From a virus, in IMG/VR virus record IMGVR_UViG_3300035204_001773, positions 32,001-96,000 of that record: a stretch of DNA of 64,000 nt; one strand, given 5' to 3'. Every line of letters starts with the position of its first letter. Position 1 is the stretch's first letter. Under the pieces are notes generated by a model. The model made no database searches. It saw only the letters and a list, made by a program, of their open reading frames with translations, and had not been told where the DNA came from. A program made the position numbers and the translations under genes. Below, one piece after another: positions 1-9,316 of this stretch.

Positions 1-1
1 G

Positions 2-511
2 AATCATGAAGCGTGGGACGACACATTCTTAGAATACGATTACGTAGGGGCTCCTTGGTTCGATGGGGTAGTCGGCAATGGCGGGTTCTCTTTGCGTTCT
101 ACGAAGCTCATGGACCTCGCTTCTAAAATAGATTTTCCATCAGCCCAAGAATTCCTCACGACACATGCCGGGGGGATTTTTGAGGAAGCTGGAACATTAT
201 CACAAAACGGATCTTTCACCCCAAGGGAAGATGCTACGCCTCCAGAATTAGTAGCGGAAGATCATTTAATTTGTAGAACTTATGCGGAGTATTTAAAAGA
301 AAGGGGTATGAAATTTGCGCCTGAAAAATTAGCAATGAAGTTTTCTCTAGAGCACAACTGGGGTCACCCATATATATGGGAAGGGCAATTTGGTTTTCAT
401 AACGATAAGATAACAGACATCTCTAATTGGGAAGAATATAAAAGGTTTAAAGAAATCGGGGACAATACAACGAACGAGCACCAGAAGCCTTCTTCTTTTA
501 TTCTGCCTTAA
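2..511 (+). CDS. DUF5672-family putative glycosyltransferase (5'-truncated by window edge)
   Basis: Frame is open from nt 2 (NHEAWDDTFLEYDYVGAPWFDGVVGNGGFSLRS), upstream of the tracked start at 92. YDYxGAPW, GNGGFSLRS, EDxxIC and FGFH motifs are typical of DUF5672. Confidence 0.75.
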   Translation, partial: NHEAWDDTFLEYDYVGAPWFDGVVGNGGFSLRSTKLMDLASKIDFPSAQEFLTTHAGGIFEEAGTLSQNGSFTPREDATPPELVAEDHLICRTYAEYLKERGMKFAPEKLAMKFSLEHNWGHPYIWEGQFGFHNDKITDISNWEEYKRFKEIGDNTTNEHQKPSSFILP

Positions 512-1037
512 ACAGGTAGATTGGCCCTATATTAGTAGTCTTACCGTACCATTTTTTTATAGTTTCTACATCATAATAAGGAAAGCATATCCAATGGAAC
601 TCTCCCTCTAATGCTTTGCCTCTCACCAAAATTATAGCTATATCCCCTTCTTTTAATTCATTAATATCTTTTAAAGATACCGGAACAAACCCATAGTCTT
701 TTGCCATGCTTCTAATTTCAGATGGCCAAGTTATACATACAGCATTCCTGTTTAGTATAGATAACCCAGTTCTGCTGCTGTTACCTTTCTTTTGTATAGC
801 TCGACTTATCTCTTCGGAAGAAATTCCTCTTACAAAAGCTATTCCATTTTCTCTATAAAATATTTCGAAAGCCCTCTTAAGAGACTTGGGGCCACAACCA
901 TCAAAATGCTTAATATAAAAACCATCTACTGTTTTGGCTGGGGGATTCAGTATACCACAACTAGAAAACAGAGACAAAGGAAGCAACGCAAAGGAGATAG
1001 AGAAAACTTTAGAAATGTTTTTTACACACTTCATCAT
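498..1037 (-). CDS. Predicted lipoprotein with papain-like (C39-like) peptidase domain
   Basis: Basic N-terminus, hydrophobic stretch and lipobox-like LFSS|C; catalytic-type motifs GCGPxSL and FHWIC. Confidence 0.55.
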   Translation of the reverse strand: MMKCVKNISKVFSISFALLPLSLFSSCGILNPPAKTVDGFYIKHFDGCGPKSLKRAFEIFYRENGIAFVRGISSEEISRAIQKKGNSSRTGLSILNRNAVCITWPSEIRSMAKDYGFVPVSLKDINELKEGDIAIILVRGKALEGEFHWICFPYYDVETIKKWYGKTTNIGPIYLFKAE

Positions 1038-1291
1038 AGCAACAAAAGCCTAGCGATTAAAAAAGCTAAAAGGACCCCTATCGCGCTGGATAAGCATATC
1101 GCTAAATAGAACCTAACACTATGCGGCGAAGATTTTTCTTTAAGGCGCTTATTGGGTATTTTCATATCCGCTTTTTTCTTTGGGTCTCTGTCTTTAATTA
1201 TCCAGACTACGTCATCTTCGTCTTGATACCACCATGTTGTACGAGTCCCTTTCCACCAGTATGCATTTTTATCTAGTTTAGTTAGCTTCAT
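1034..1291 (-). CDS. Small Trp-rich protein with C-terminal transmembrane helix
   Basis: Likely start is ATG 1291 (MKLTKLDKNAYWW), overlapping the end of the upstream gene; C-terminal FYLAICLSSAIGVLLAFLIARLLLL. Confidence 0.55.
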   Translation of the reverse strand: MKLTKLDKNAYWWKGTRTTWWYQDEDDVVWIIKDRDPKKKADMKIPNKRLKEKSSPHSVRFYLAICLSSAIGVLLAFLIARLLLL

Positions 1292-1724
1292 ATATAGCCC
1301 ATTTTCTTGGGTCCACTGGGGTGGGAGGGATCCATTTCTGGAGCTTCTCAAGCAAATCTTTTATAGCCTTGTCTTGTAGATAGATAATTTCCTTAGCTCT
1401 ATCTAACACCTTGCGCTGTTCAATAATCATCTGTCCCTGAGAACTTATGATTTCTTCTCGTTGCCTTAGAGCCTCTCCTTGTAAAGTTATTATTTCTGTT
1501 GCCACTTTTAAGTCTTGTTCTAAAAGAGCTTTTTCTTTGCTCCATTGTTTTAAATCTGCATTATGCTGGCTAGCTTGATAAGCTAAAACAGACAAGAAAA
1601 GTAGAAAAGAAATTAGGAATATATATATACATTTCTCATGTTTTATAACGATAAGGCCGAGATTATCACGAATTTTTCCACAACCTGTTTTTATTTTGCT
1701 CCACACATTATACTTCATGAACAC
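1278..1724 (-). CDS. Membrane-anchored coiled-coil protein (i-spanin-like architecture)
   Basis: One TM helix (IYIFLISFLLFLSVLAY), long heptad region and Pro-rich end (WIPPTPVDP). Confidence 0.55.
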   Translation of the reverse strand: MFMKYNVWSKIKTGCGKIRDNLGLIVIKHEKCIYIFLISFLLFLSVLAYQASQHNADLKQWSKEKALLEQDLKVATEIITLQGEALRQREEIISSQGQMIIEQRKVLDRAKEIIYLQDKAIKDLLEKLQKWIPPTPVDPRKWAIYEAN

Positions 1725-1969
1725 CTTTCTAAAGTAGCCATGCCGATGAAGAATACAAGTATCAAACCGAATGAGATACTTAAGTATACTATCTTAAATA
1801 TTCTTTCAAACTTCCTCGCCTCGACCAACTTCGATATTCCCGACTTTTTACTCATCGTTTTAAACGCTTCGTCTACCTGACCCCTTGTCGGGAGATGTAA
1901 GTCAGGCGGCGTTGGGTTAGGGCTCCCACTTGAGGGTTTCAGCTTCACCTTTGGTTTTTTGTGCCTCAT
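1715..1969 (-). CDS. Small membrane protein; start uncertain (ATG 1969 or ATG 1855)
   Basis: C-terminal TM (IVYLSISFGLILVFFIGM); overlaps the start of the next gene. Confidence 0.45.
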   Translation of the reverse strand: MRHKKPKVKLKPSSGSPNPTPPDLHLPTRGQVDEAFKTMSKKSGISKLVEARKFERIFKIVYLSISFGLILVFFIGMATLERCS

Positions 1970-2069
1970 GATCTTCAACCTTCAATTTACAGAGGTGCAA
2001 TACGCATACAACAATAGAAATAATTACTAAAACGAATATATCATTATCTGAATTATGGCTTTTGTTCAC
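1917..2069 (-). CDS. Possible 50-aa membrane peptide (not in ORF track)
   Basis: GTG start at 2069; translates as MNKSHNSDNDIFVLVIISIVVCVLHLCKLKVEDHEAQKTKGEAETLKWEP*; lies directly downstream of the GTGTAAT motif. Confidence 0.4.
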   Translation of the reverse strand: MNKSHNSDNDIFVLVIISIVVCVLHLCKLKVEDHEAQKTKGEAETLKWEP

Positions 2070-2091
2070 TCCTTTATCACAACCCTTTCAC

Positions 2092-2107
2092 TAATTATTA
2101 CACTTTT
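2092..2107 (-). promoter_or_regulatory. Candidate phage late-promoter motif (AAAAGTGTAATAATTA)
   Basis: Shares the GTGTAATAWT core with the intergenic site upstream of the giant tape-measure gene; lies in a divergent intergenic gap. Confidence 0.4.
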
Positions 2108-2139
2108 CTAAATATTTTTTCCGTTTTACTGTCTGATTA

Positions 2140-3114
2140 ATGATGACTAATGCGGATGAAATTGTTGATTTTTACAAAAATAACGAAGAATTACTAAATA
2201 CCCAAAAGGAAAAGGTGCCAGATGGAGTTGCCCTCTTCGTCCCTGATAATTGTGCTTTTATAAACTCGAACACGGGCCTAGGAGATATCCTATCTGTTTT
2301 TCACTTACCTAAATTTTTCAAAGAACACGGTTTCAACTCCTGTATACATAGCCCCAACACGGAATACTTCGATCTGCTTAGTAAGTATAATAAAGATGTA
2401 GAACTTCTTGATGAGGACTTAGCATGCATTAGGGTTGAAAATTTTCAATCTTTTTTCAACTTCGGCAGTGGTCATTTCTTTCAAAGGATACAAAAGGCTT
2501 GCGGATTTGAAATAGATATTAAACCTAAGCCAGATCTCTCGTTTGATACTGGACCTAGAGACGAGGGGCGCAAGCTTAAAGTAGCTATCAACTTCGAACC
2601 CGGAGCCTGCGTTGCTGAGCAAAAAGCGAAAATACATCCAAGGGCTAGGGAATTATATCCAGAACACAAAGACACAATTCAAAAATTCATTAACGATAAA
2701 ACGAACGAGTACGAATTTGTTGAGATAGGAAGAGTTTCATGTGAGTTCGAAAATGTTGAAAGTAAATGCGGCTTACCCATAGATAAATCTTTAGAAGAAA
2801 TGGCGTCTTGCGATTACTTCTTGGGAATGCATAGCGGCGTAATGCATCTCGCCGCAGCTTTAAATGTAAAATCTATAATTATATTAAATTTCCCCCCTGC
2901 TAACCAGATATACCTTCCCTGCTTAAGAGATTATAATTTACCGGATATTGATTGGTTGTACCCACAAAACGTTCATCTCCATGAAGATGACGAGGGAGAA
3001 CTCGTCAAACAATTATCTTACGACAACTTAGAAAGAGCTTTTCAGGGGGAGATATACCCACATTGGTCTGAAAAATATTTAGAATTAGTTAACGATAAAC
3101 AATTTGCCATATGA
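2140..3114 (+). CDS. GT9 (heptosyltransferase-like) glycosyltransferase
   Basis: GLGDIL N-terminal motif and FLGMHSGVMHLAAAL C-terminal motif. Confidence 0.7.
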   Translation: MMTNADEIVDFYKNNEELLNTQKEKVPDGVALFVPDNCAFINSNTGLGDILSVFHLPKFFKEHGFNSCIHSPNTEYFDLLSKYNKDVELLDEDLACIRVENFQSFFNFGSGHFFQRIQKACGFEIDIKPKPDLSFDTGPRDEGRKLKVAINFEPGACVAEQKAKIHPRARELYPEHKDTIQKFINDKTNEYEFVEIGRVSCEFENVESKCGLPIDKSLEEMASCDYFLGMHSGVMHLAAALNVKSIIILNFPPANQIYLPCLRDYNLPDIDWLYPQNVHLHEDDEGELVKQLSYDNLERAFQGEIYPHWSEKYLELVNDKQFAI

Positions 3115-4211
3115 AAAAAGTTTTGATAACCGGTATCCTTGGTCAAGACGGCGCAAACATGGCCGAGTTTCTACTTAAAGAAACTAATGACATTAAAGTT
3201 TACGGAATGATGCGGAGAAGTTCGAATCCTAATTTCGTAAATGCTACAAAATTTAAAGATCACCCTAGGTTTAAATTCGTTTACGGAGATCTAACTGACG
3301 ACGTAAGTATTGATTTACTCGTCGATAATATTCTCCCAGATTATCTAATTAATTTTGGAGCAAATTCCTTCGTCGGATGTTCATGGGACATGCCAGAACA
3401 AGTTATGGAAGTTAATACCCTTGGGGTTCTTCGTTGCTTAGAGTCCCTAAGAAAGTTTGCTCCATTTTGTCGATTTTATAGCGCGGGCAGTAGCGAAGAA
3501 TGGGGGAATGTAGATTATTCACCGCAAGATATAGAGCATCCAATTAAACCAAGGAGCCCATATGGGGCATCGAAAGCGGCTGCTCGTCACCTAGTTAAGG
3601 TATACAGGGAGTCTCATGATTTGTTTGCTGTTCATGGAATATTATTTAATCATGAAGGGACTAAAAGGGGAGAGGAATTTGTTACTAGAAAAATCACCAA
3701 GGGAGTAGCCAGAGTAAAGAGGGAAATAACAACTCATATTGAATCTGGACACCAAAGCAAAATAAATCCGATAGAGTTAGGAAATTTAGATTCAAAAAGA
3801 GATTGGAGCGACAGTGAAGACTTTGTGAAGGGCGTATGGCTCATGGTTAACCAAGAGAAACCAAAGGATTACATATTAGCCAGCGGAGAAACTCATTCTA
3901 TAAGAGAGTTCGTGGAATTAGCTTTTAAATATGCAGGTATCCGTGGATTCTGGAAAGGGCAAGGGTTAGAAGAAACCTACGGTTATGAAGACAAAAGCAA
4001 ATGGGTGACTCTGGTTAAAATAAACCCAGAGTTTTTTCGTCCAGCCGAAGTAAGCTTGTTACTGGGTGATTCTACCCCTATCAGAGAAGAATTGGGTTGG
4101 GTCCCTGATATTTCGTTTGACAATTTAGTAAAAAAGATGGTACAATGTGATATTGAATATGAAAACGCTAAATGTATTAACTCGCACCTCGGGTCGTCCA
4201 AAATTTTTTAA
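3111..4211 (+). CDS. gmd: GDP-mannose 4,6-dehydratase
   Basis: ITGILGQDG, GDLTD, ANSFV, SSE, PRSPYGASK, GILFNHE, FVTRKIT, LGNLDSKRDW, FRPAEV. Confidence 0.93.
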   Translation: MKKVLITGILGQDGANMAEFLLKETNDIKVYGMMRRSSNPNFVNATKFKDHPRFKFVYGDLTDDVSIDLLVDNILPDYLINFGANSFVGCSWDMPEQVMEVNTLGVLRCLESLRKFAPFCRFYSAGSSEEWGNVDYSPQDIEHPIKPRSPYGASKAAARHLVKVYRESHDLFAVHGILFNHEGTKRGEEFVTRKITKGVARVKREITTHIESGHQSKINPIELGNLDSKRDWSDSEDFVKGVWLMVNQEKPKDYILASGETHSIREFVELAFKYAGIRGFWKGQGLEETYGYEDKSKWVTLVKINPEFFRPAEVSLLLGDSTPIREELGWVPDISFDNLVKKMVQCDIEYENAKCINSHLGSSKIF

Positions 4212-4845
4212 ATTATGCAGGCAAAGCGTTGAGTCTCAGGATTACCCCAATTTAAAACATATACTTTTAGTAGACGATAAGCATCAAAACAATTACGTCT
4301 ATGATTACGAAGGTATAGATAAAATAATATCGATAGACTCTAGCAGCTTCGAACATTACGATCAGTATTTGAACGAAGCGCTAAAACAGCTTCCCAAAGG
4401 AGAACTATTTTGCGTAATGGATGACGATGATTTTTATACAAGATACGACTCTCTTTCTCGTGCCGTAAAGGCCTTGGGGGATAAGGACTTGGTCCTTTTC
4501 AGGGTAAAGGCTGCCTGCGCCACGGTGCCTTCTACAAATAGAATGACAGGAGAAAATAAATATTTAGAAGCGGGTGATTTTTCAATGCTTGGTTTCGTAA
4601 TGAAAACTGATTTTGCTCGCAATAAAAATGGTGCTTTAATAGAGTTTCCTGCTAGGCACGGGGGAGATTATGGCTTTATAAATCGCTGCGCGCAATCGAA
4701 TTTCGAAGGGAAACTAACAGAACGTAACTATTGGAACAATCCCAAGATATCTTGGCTCACAGAAGTCCTTGCGTCCACTCACCCTACTCAATCAATTGGA
4801 AATGGGGAATGCGAAGACCTGCGTCTTTCTCTAGATGGGCGATGA
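4159..4845 (+). CDS. GT2-family (GT-A fold) glycosyltransferase
   Basis: LNVLTRTSGRP...SVESQDY...ILLVDD N-terminus and MDDDD DxD motif; ATG at 4159 chosen as start. Confidence 0.75.
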   Translation: MKTLNVLTRTSGRPKFFKLCRQSVESQDYPNLKHILLVDDKHQNNYVYDYEGIDKIISIDSSSFEHYDQYLNEALKQLPKGELFCVMDDDDFYTRYDSLSRAVKALGDKDLVLFRVKAACATVPSTNRMTGENKYLEAGDFSMLGFVMKTDFARNKNGALIEFPARHGGDYGFINRCAQSNFEGKLTERNYWNNPKISWLTEVLASTHPTQSIGNGECEDLRLSLDGR

Positions 4846-5267
4846 ACATTATGACTGAGCACTTTGATCATAGAAACCACGAGTTCTTTAAAAAGAACGG
4901 TTACAAGGCTAATATAAAATCAAAGCAGCAATATTTAGTGTGGTGTGTTATTGATAATCCGGAAAAGTGCTCTTGGCCCAAAGAAATAAAGATGGCCTCG
5001 AAACTTCTAAAAGACTATCCCGATTTAGCGTTTTGGAAAGCTGCGCCATCCTATTTTGAGTTTAAGCCTGCAAGCTTGGCTTATTGCCTGTCTATTATGG
5101 GGAATGCTATAGTGAAAAATTCTTACCCCATATTTCAAAGGCTAAAGAAAGTAAAACTTAAAGAAAAGAAGCGGGCAAGACTAACTGACGATACTATCGG
5201 TGAAGATATAAAAATAAATAAAAAACCAAAAAATGTTTTCGAATTTATAAGGAATAAAAATGGCTAG
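4842..5267 (+). CDS. Hypothetical basic phage protein
   Basis: ATG at 4842 overlaps the upstream stop (ATGA); 3' end overlaps the recA start. Confidence 0.6.
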   Translation: MNIMTEHFDHRNHEFFKKNGYKANIKSKQQYLVWCVIDNPEKCSWPKEIKMASKLLKDYPDLAFWKAAPSYFEFKPASLAYCLSIMGNAIVKNSYPIFQRLKKVKLKEKKRARLTDDTIGEDIKINKKPKNVFEFIRNKNG

Positions 5268-6390
5268 AAAGAAAAAGGTAAAAGAAGAAGTAGGTACAAA
5301 TGAAAATTTAAAGTCTTTTCTAAAGCAAAGAAAGGAAGAGCACTATAATTTTTGCGAAGAAGTTTATTACAGAATATCCACGGGCAGTTTATTGCTTGAT
5401 ATTCATACTGGTGGAGGACTTATGCCGGGTCTCCATCGTTTTTGCGGTATGAACGAAGGGGGCAAAACATCAGAAGCATTCCAGATAATGAAACACTTTC
5501 TGACAGACGCCCCCAATTCAAGAGCGGTATATTTTCAAGCGGAAGGAAGACTTACGCCAGACATGAAGGAGCGCACAGGGGTTGACTTCGTATACGACGC
5601 GGAAGAGTGGAGCGATGGATCGTGCTTCGTTTATGAATCTAACATTTATGAGTCGGTGTTTGATCTCATGAAAATGCTCATTAAAGAGAACAAGGAAGGG
5701 AAGCGGTACCTGTTTCTAATCGATTCCATGGACGCTTTAATTTTGAAAGCTGATATGGAAAAAGATCTAAGCGAAGCTGCAAAGGTGTCAGGAGGAGCAA
5801 CAATTAGTTCGACTTTTATGAAAAAAGTAGCACTAGCTTTGACGAAGTTTGGTCATACGGCTATATTAATTTCTCAAGTAAGGGAAGCAATCACAATTGA
5901 TCCTTACGCAAAACGCCCAGTAAGACAAACTTCTGCTAGCGGCGGTAACGCGCTACTCCACTATGCTAATTTTATCTTTGAATTCGAAGCTAGGTTTCAA
6001 AAGGATTTGATCCTAGAAAAACCAGATCAACGACCAGATATAAGTTCGAATAAAATATTAGGCCACTACGCTAAGGTGACTATAAAGAAATCACCTAATG
6101 AAAAAACTAATTTATCAATCTCTTACCCCGTGAGATACGGTCGAAAAGGAGGCAAGAGTATATGGAGGGAATACGAAGTGCTAGACCTTTTACTTGAAAA
6201 TGGTATACTAGAAAAGAAAGGGGCATGGGTCAAAGTCAATGAGGACGTGCGTCAAGAAATGGAACAAGAAGGCATAGAGTGCCCTGAGACTTTTCAAGGC
6301 AGGCAAAAAGTTTTCGAATTTTTAGAGGAGAACACTAAGTTTACAGACCTGTGGTTTAATAGGTTTAAAGAGGTCTACAGCAACGCATGA
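5260..6390 (+). CDS. recA: RecA/UvsX-like recombinase
   Basis: ISTGSLLLD, Walker A GMNEGGKTS, Walker B LIDSM, ISQVRE, SGGNALLHYA, KKGAW. Confidence 0.88.
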   Translation: MARKKKVKEEVGTNENLKSFLKQRKEEHYNFCEEVYYRISTGSLLLDIHTGGGLMPGLHRFCGMNEGGKTSEAFQIMKHFLTDAPNSRAVYFQAEGRLTPDMKERTGVDFVYDAEEWSDGSCFVYESNIYESVFDLMKMLIKENKEGKRYLFLIDSMDALILKADMEKDLSEAAKVSGGATISSTFMKKVALALTKFGHTAILISQVREAITIDPYAKRPVRQTSASGGNALLHYANFIFEFEARFQKDLILEKPDQRPDISSNKILGHYAKVTIKKSPNEKTNLSISYPVRYGRKGGKSIWREYEVLDLLLENGILEKKGAWVKVNEDVRQEMEQEGIECPETFQGRQKVFEFLEENTKFTDLWFNRFKEVYSNA

Positions 6391-6809
6391 AATTAAGACT
6401 TAAAAATATTAATGGTAGAGAGGTAAACAAAATAGTAACCCCCTATTTAATAAAGTGGAAAGCTAAATCCAGATCGAAATTCCAATTTAGCGTAAAGCAA
6501 TTTCTAGAACCCCTCTGGCGTCATCAAATTTGCTTCGAAGAGTTTCCGGTTTACGGAACCCTACAAAGAGTAGACTTCTTAAACGCAACAAAGAAAATAG
6601 CCATAGAAGTTAACGGTAGACAGCATACAGAATACGTAGAACACTTTCACAAAAACAGGGCTAATTACCTAAGGTCTATAAAAAGAGATTGGGTGAAAAC
6701 CGAATGGTTAGAAAGTAATGATTTTCAATTAGTAGAAATCGAGATACAAGACCTCCCCCATTTATCACCTGAATGGATAGACGAAAAATTTGGAATAGAA
6801 ATAGATTGA
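6387..6809 (+). CDS. DUF559/Vsr-like PD-(D/E)XK endonuclease
   Basis: EEFPV...RVDF...IAIEVNGRQH...RDxxKxxWL pattern. Confidence 0.75.
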   Translation: MKLRLKNINGREVNKIVTPYLIKWKAKSRSKFQFSVKQFLEPLWRHQICFEEFPVYGTLQRVDFLNATKKIAIEVNGRQHTEYVEHFHKNRANYLRSIKRDWVKTEWLESNDFQLVEIEIQDLPHLSPEWIDEKFGIEID

Positions 6810-6835
6810 CATTCATTGTAATTTTATGCTATAAT
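6806..6835 (+). promoter_or_regulatory. Sigma70-type promoter upstream of dnaB
   Basis: TTGACA (6806-6811), 18-bp spacer, extended TGcTATAAT (-10 at 6830-6835); ATG at 6844. Confidence 0.8.
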
Positions 6836-6843
6836 GATTTATC

Positions 6844-8358
6844 ATGTCAGTTTACGACCTACGCACAGAAAAACACGTCTTAGGCGGGATCATAAAATCC
6901 CCATCATGCTTTGCTGATCTAGAAAGATTCATTAGCGAAAAAGATTTCTACTCAGAAGTCCACTCCACGATCTTCTCAATCATGAAGACCATGTTACTGA
7001 ACGGAGAAGAAGTGGACAAAACCGTCTTAGCTTTAAGAATTAAAAATTTAGGTATCTCATTTAAAGATGAGATAAATATACACGATTATATCGACTCCAT
7101 AAGCTTCACTCAGATAACTCAAAAAGCTACAATCGAGGCCGCTCAAGAACTGGCTAAATTGCGTATTGTTAGAGAAATTGTAGAATCATGTAAAGAAACA
7201 GCTACTTGGGCTAAGAAAAACATGGACAAGCCTTTGGATGATATTGTTAGCGGTAGTGATGCGATTTTTAACGAGCAGATGAGGTCGTACGAATTTGATG
7301 ATGAACCAGAAAACCTATTCGACGACATCGAAAACCTCATAGAAGAAAGAGGGAACAACCCTCAAGAAGACTACGGCTTCATTACCCCATACTCGGAATG
7401 GAACCGCTTGTATGGCGGGTTTAGAGTGGGAAATATTTACGCTATAGCTTCGAGACCGGGGCAAGGTAAAACTACATGGTTAAATTATACCGCTTATAGA
7501 GCGGCAGAATTAAATGATACGAAGGTCTTAATCTTAGACACGGAAATGTCCCCACAAGAAATGAAGTTCAGAATGGTAGCGGCCATGAGCAAAGTTTCAG
7601 TATGGCATTTAGAGACAGGAAACTGGAGGAAAAATCCAGACATGATAGAAAAAGTAAGGTCGGCTCTCAAGGTTCTGAAAGAAAAAGAATACTCTTTCAT
7701 GCACGTCGGAAACAAAAGCACTGATCAAGTTTGCTCTCTAATAAGAAGATGGCATTTAAATAAAGTGGGTAGAGCAAACAAGTGCATAATTGTCTATGAT
7801 TACCTCAAATTAACAGGAGATAAGGTGGGAAACAATTGGGCAGAACACCAAGTGCTAGGCGAAAAAGTTGACAAATTAAAAAAGATTTCCGAAGAATGTA
7901 ACGCGGCTCTACTCACAGCCATTCAAATGAATAGGTCTGGAGAAAACTTCAATAGGAATAGCGGCTCAGTGGTCTACGATAGCTCAGCAATAGCTCAGTC
8001 AGACAGGCTGCAATGGTTCGCTTCCTTTGTGGGGCTCTTTTGCAGGAAGACGCTGGATGAAATAGCCATGGATAATGTGTACGATGATAACGGCGTATTA
8101 CTACACGACTTTGGCACGCATAAGTTAGTACCCTTGAAGACTAGGTTCCAAGGTAAGGATGCGGCGGGTCATCATGATATAATTCGTCGTCCTGACCCGA
8201 ACGGTAATGGGCCCGGAACTTGGTCTAACAACTACTTAAGTTTTAATGTCGATAACTTTGAAGTGGAAGAAACTGGGTCTTTAGCCAACATCGTTGATAG
8301 ACAAAATAACGTTTTTGATTTAGATGATAGAAGAGAAAACGATGGAGAGCGGCTGTAG
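6844..8358 (+). CDS. dnaB: Replicative DNA helicase
   Basis: DnaB N-terminal domain (EKHVLGGII...DFYSEVH), Walker A SRPGQGKTT, LDTEMS, VYDYLKL, AIQMNR. Confidence 0.92.
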   Translation: MSVYDLRTEKHVLGGIIKSPSCFADLERFISEKDFYSEVHSTIFSIMKTMLLNGEEVDKTVLALRIKNLGISFKDEINIHDYIDSISFTQITQKATIEAAQELAKLRIVREIVESCKETATWAKKNMDKPLDDIVSGSDAIFNEQMRSYEFDDEPENLFDDIENLIEERGNNPQEDYGFITPYSEWNRLYGGFRVGNIYAIASRPGQGKTTWLNYTAYRAAELNDTKVLILDTEMSPQEMKFRMVAAMSKVSVWHLETGNWRKNPDMIEKVRSALKVLKEKEYSFMHVGNKSTDQVCSLIRRWHLNKVGRANKCIIVYDYLKLTGDKVGNNWAEHQVLGEKVDKLKKISEECNAALLTAIQMNRSGENFNRNSGSVVYDSSAIAQSDRLQWFASFVGLFCRKTLDEIAMDNVYDDNGVLLHDFGTHKLVPLKTRFQGKDAAGHHDIIRRPDPNGNGPGTWSNNYLSFNVDNFEVEETGSLANIVDRQNNVFDLDDRRENDGERL

Positions 8359-8362
8359 CAAG

Positions 8363-9316
8363 ATGAAAGACTTTGCAGAAATATTAACCGACTTAGGGTA
8401 CACCTTAAGGGACTATGGTAAAGAGTATAGAACTAGACCTCTTTATAGAGAATCAGACAACGATACAATTCTAACAATAGAAAAATCTACCGGTAAATGG
8501 TATGACTTCAAAGAGCTCAGGGGTGGCGCGTTCGAAGAATTAGTAAGAAGAACTTTAAAATTACCATCCACAGATGAGGCTAGTGAGTGGCTAAAAAAGA
8601 AAGATTTTACCAGCGAAGGTAGCGATGCAGAAGAAAAGCCCTTAATAAAAGACAAGAAAATATTTTCTAAAGAGGTTCTTAGTAGAATTTTTTCAGAACA
8701 CGAATACTGGAATAAGCGCGGTATATCGACAACCACACTGAAGATATTTGAGGGCGGAGTAGTTAGAAGCGGCCGAATGAAAGATAGATATGTTTTCCCT
8801 ATCCTTGACGGTCGAAATAATTTAGTAGGCTTTAGTGGGAGAGATTTACTAAATCTAGAAAACTCAAAAAGACCCAAGTGGAAACACATAGGAGACAAAA
8901 GTAATTGGAAATATCCTCTTCAAGCGAATTATAAAACTTTAAAATCAATAAGGGAAATAATTCTGGTAGAAAGCATTGGAGATATGTTAGCTTTATGGGA
9001 GAACGAAATACAAAATATAATAGTCACCTTTGGGTTGGACGTTAGCACATCAGTAGTTAACCTATTGCTAAAGCTTGACCCGAATAAAATTTACATAAGT
9101 TTTAATAATGATTCGTCAAACAACAACGCAGGGAATGTTGCTGCGGAAAAAGCTAAGCGAAAATTATTAAAGTATTTTGATCGTTATCAAATACAAATAG
9201 CTCTCCCCGACAAAAAAGACTTCGGTGAAATGGACAAGGAGGAAATTGACCGATGGGGAGAAAATAATATAGAAGATTTTGAAAACAAAAAAAGAAAAAT
9301 ATCTATCAGCCTCTAG
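8363..9316 (+). CDS. dnaG: DNA primase (DnaG-like TOPRIM)
   Basis: RGI...DRYVFPI...VGFSGR...PKW, LVESIGDMLAL, NND, KDFGE; ATG at 8363 just after the dnaB stop. Confidence 0.85.
   Translation: MKDFAEILTDLGYTLRDYGKEYRTRPLYRESDNDTILTIEKSTGKWYDFKELRGGAFEELVRRTLKLPSTDEASEWLKKKDFTSEGSDAEEKPLIKDKKIFSKEVLSRIFSEHEYWNKRGISTTTLKIFEGGVVRSGRMKDRYVFPILDGRNNLVGFSGRDLLNLENSKRPKWKHIGDKSNWKYPLQANYKTLKSIREIILVESIGDMLALWENEIQNIIVTFGLDVSTSVVNLLLKLDPNKIYISFNNDSSNNNAGNVAAEKAKRKLLKYFDRYQIQIALPDKKDFGEMDKEEIDRWGENNIEDFENKKRKISISL

Noticed and set aside
1876-1906. Imperfect hairpin CCTGAC...GTCAGG
   Set aside because: Short stem, no U-tract, and possibly inside coding sequence; no function can be supported.
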